A DNA stretch of 53,438 nt, counting the filler, from Bipalium vagum (Eukaryota), in the NCBI GenBank assembly GCA_037834085.1. It is 3 parts of 3 records of this genome, joined end to end, with 100 filler letters (N's around TTAATTAATTAA, not from the genome) between each part and the next. Parts side by side here need not be neighbours in the genome. Positions count along the whole stretch, not along the records: positions 37,453 to 53,438 come from JBBMKC010134235.1; 2 more parts are not named here. One strand, 5' to 3'. Under the pieces are notes generated by a model. The model was not told where the DNA came from. It made no database searches and saw nothing but the letters and a program-made list of their open reading frames with translations. Position 1 is the stretch's first letter; the number at the start of each line of letters is the position of its first letter. Positions 50,319-53,438 of the stretch are shown in pieces. The position numbers and the translations under genes are program-made.

Positions 50319-51489
50319 TAAAATCACAAAATTAGAAATTATTAAAATATTTTTATATAATACTAATTTTAAAAGAAGCAATTATTAAAACAATAATGAT
50401 GTAATACAGTTCTACTGATTTACAATTAAACAGTAATACTTTAATTATAAATACATAAGAACAATTTAAAATATTTAATGAAAGAAAATAATTAATTTAA
50501 ATTCGAATGCCTAAAATATAAAAGTGATTATTGATTTATTCTTTTCTAATTTAATATTAAACTCATTAACAATAAAAAATAATTTTATAACACTATCATT
50601 TCATTTCAAATTAACTGTAAAAATTTATATATAATCAATGAAATTCTAAATTGGCCTAAGATCACCAATCTCTGTGAGTATTTAATCTGATTTCTAATTT
50701 TTAAATTTTTATATTGTGCCAAATTTTAATTTTTAATTAACTTAATTTTAATATTTATTTTAAAAATGTTTTTATTGAAATGAATCTTGATATTTAATAG
50801 CACAATATATACATTTATTAAGAATGGAAAATTTATTTAATTATTATTATTTTAAAAAGTACTTAAAAATATTTCTGTAAAACTATGACTTAATTTGTTG
50901 ATATCGCAGTTAACACCCCTGATAGCCCATTAATTCTAACTTTATCTGCATGCCGAGATAAAATTAATCAAATAATACCTGAATTATAATTCATTGCAAC
51001 GACGACGGGACACAAAAGAAATAATAACTAAACAAAAATATCATTATCTCGACAATAAGATTTTGATATATTGCTTTTAATATTCTAAAAACTGTTTTTT
51101 TAATTAATAATAATAATATTATTATTATTAGCAATATTATGTTATTATTATTATAATTAATATAATTATTGTAATATTATAATTATTATAATAATAATTA
51201 TTATTATCTCATTATGATTTTCAGTTTTTGGCAAACCCAGCAAAAGGTTACATGATAATGAAGTATACAAGGTAACTAATCTTAGTAAACTTGTATGAAT
51301 AAATGTATAATTAATTAAAATATTTTCTGAATTCCTATAATAAATTAAGTGTTAAAATACAAGAAAAATTTATTGCAAATAAATTTTATTAATAAACTGA
51401 GTTCATCAAATATTGATGAATAAGATAAAAATAATGATTGCAGTGCTCAAATGTTCAAACGAAATTTAACATTAAAATCCTTAAAAACG

Positions 51490-53350
51490 ATTCTTTTCAA
51501 ATCTCCTGATTATTCTGACTTTTATGTGGAGATTCCCAATCCTGCAGCCATACCCATTTGCAATCCCGGAATCCAAACCAGTAACAAAGAAAAAAAGCCA
51601 CTAACAAATTTGTAAGAAAATCAAGTGATGGATTTAACCAATGATTAATATTACATTTAATGATCAAAATTAAAAATTTTATTCTTAATGTTCATTTAGT
51701 GATTTTAATGTCTTTTGTATTTGTAATTTTTTTTAAAAATTGCTTCCAAAATCTAAAGTATAATGATAATACTAATAATATTCTTCTAAAATTTATTATA
51801 ATTAAAACAATACCAAATAATTAAATTACTAAGAAAAGTAACTTAAATTTGTAAAAAAATTGAAAAATTAAAAATAGTAACTTAGGTTACTTAAAGGAAA
51901 AAAACAAAAAAAACTAATTATATTAGGTAACAGTTGTTACCAACTAGAATTTATCAAAGATAATTTGGTTATAACAGCGGAAAAAATTCATGACACTATA
52001 AAATTTGAGCAAAGCAAATTATAAAAATTTGAAGAATTTATCCAAACTGAACATTCGATGGAGAATTCAGACACGGAGATCAAGAAATAAAAACAGAATC
52101 AAAATCAGATAACGCATTCTAAGAAGTTTCTCAGAAACATCTTTTTTGAAGATATCAACAATTCCATATTCATTTTAAAGTTAACTTCAATTTTAATTAA
52201 TTTGAAATCCTTTTTAAATTTCTAAGATTTAGTAGGTAATATTTAAAATAAAATCTTATAAAGATCCATATGTAGTTAACTTGAGATATTTTTAACAGAT
52301 TACACAATAAGATTTTATCCCAATAAATCTTTTTGAATATTTTTTTTAGTTATTAAATAAAATTTTAGACTAATTTTAAATAAATACTCACGAGATATTA
52401 TCTATGCAGGCTTGAGAACCATATAAAACTCTTTTGTAAACAGTTCAAAGTCTCAACAATTTCAGGGGGAGACTCGTAGAATTTCTGAGGACTTAAGTAG
52501 ACTACAATTAGTCGATAAGATTTCTTATCTTTAATTAAAACTAAAATTAAAAAAGAGTTTGAAAAACAGTTTATTTGAATCATTTAATACAGTTGTAATT
52601 TGTGCATATAAATATAAGTTACTAAAAATCACTACATTATTTTTTCATTCTTTTACATTCGGAGTCATTGTGTTGAGTTGGTAACAATTAGCAGAACGAT
52701 CATAACTCCAAAATCACCTAAAGTAACATATTCTAACACATTTATATCCCGTTAAAAGTCATTCTAATCATCTTATTATTTATGAAAATAAAATAAATTT
52801 TAAAAATATCAAACACCCTTTAAAAATACAAGGTATGAGAAAATTTAATAAACAAAATAATATTTCTATAAAGGTTTTTGATATTGATAATAAAATTATT
52901 TCTTAGAAAAAAAAAAGAAAATAAGATTAAGTTTGAAATGAAGTTTGAAAATAAGATTAAATGTATAAATTAAATATAAAAATTGTGATTGAAGAATATG
53001 ATAAAATCTAAATAAAAATGAAATAATTAATAAGTAAATTAAAGATTTATAATCTGATAAACATAATATTTATTTATATTAACAATGAAAAATTGCTTTA
53101 ATATCATTTGATAATAATAATAAATACTTTTTTTCATGGATATAAAATAAAATGTAATAGTTTTCATATATTATAAAAACAATTTTATATTAATTTTAAT
53201 TTATAAAATATTTATTTCATTTTTAAAAAATTTTGAAATAAATAAAATTTTATATTAAATTGAATTATGGCCAAATTTTTAAATATCTTTTTTACACACA
53301 ATTTTATAATTTTTTAGAAATTCAATGCCGTCCATATGTTTTGTGCCATC
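51490..53350 (-). other. Candidate spliced transcript upstream of INTS3 (exon-like blocks ~53350-53295, 52717-52657, 52492-52393, 51600-51490), coding status unclear
   Basis: Higher-GC blocks bounded by TTTACAG, TTTAG, TTAAG and TTAG acceptors and GTAAAA/GTGAGT donors. Every spliced frame tried contains stops. Confidence 0.35.
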
Positions 53351-53438
53351 CTGTAAATATCGAAATAATTGTAGATTAAGAATTATATTAAAAGTTTTAT
53401 GATTTGAACTATGTTAATTTAGAAATATGTTCATGTTA

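Overview
AT-rich eukaryotic (animal) genomic scaffold with (AAT)n microsatellites, many short GT-AG introns (42-63 nt) and the standard genetic code. This resembles an invertebrate such as a planarian flatworm (inference, not verified). Genes reconstructed by hand: a complete 24-exon Integrator subunit 3 gene (INTS3, minus, 50318-38203, ~1162 aa); a two-exon NK2-class homeobox gene (minus, 32913-31055); five exons of a protein kinase N (PKN)-like gene covering three HR1 domains and the start of C2 (minus, 23949-21072), with no kinase exons found; and one exon of a sarcospan-like CD20-family membrane protein (plus, ~9601-10035). Intergenic and intronic DNA is full of decayed transposons: mariner, maT/DD37D, Tc1, DD37E, IS630-like, pogo/Tigger, Merlin, MITEs and a solo LTR. 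The most notable element is a ~325-bp non-coding LTR retroelement (TRIM) at 15125-15448. Its ~118-bp LTR is a tRNA-Ala-derived Pol III cassette wrapped in terminal inverted repeats, and it has a tRNA-Arg-type PBS and a PPT (Helenus/Cassandra-like). Two 100-bp gaps contain an artificial TTAATTAATTAA linker, so they are scaffold joins. All assignments come from manual reading and remembered family motifs; no searches were run.
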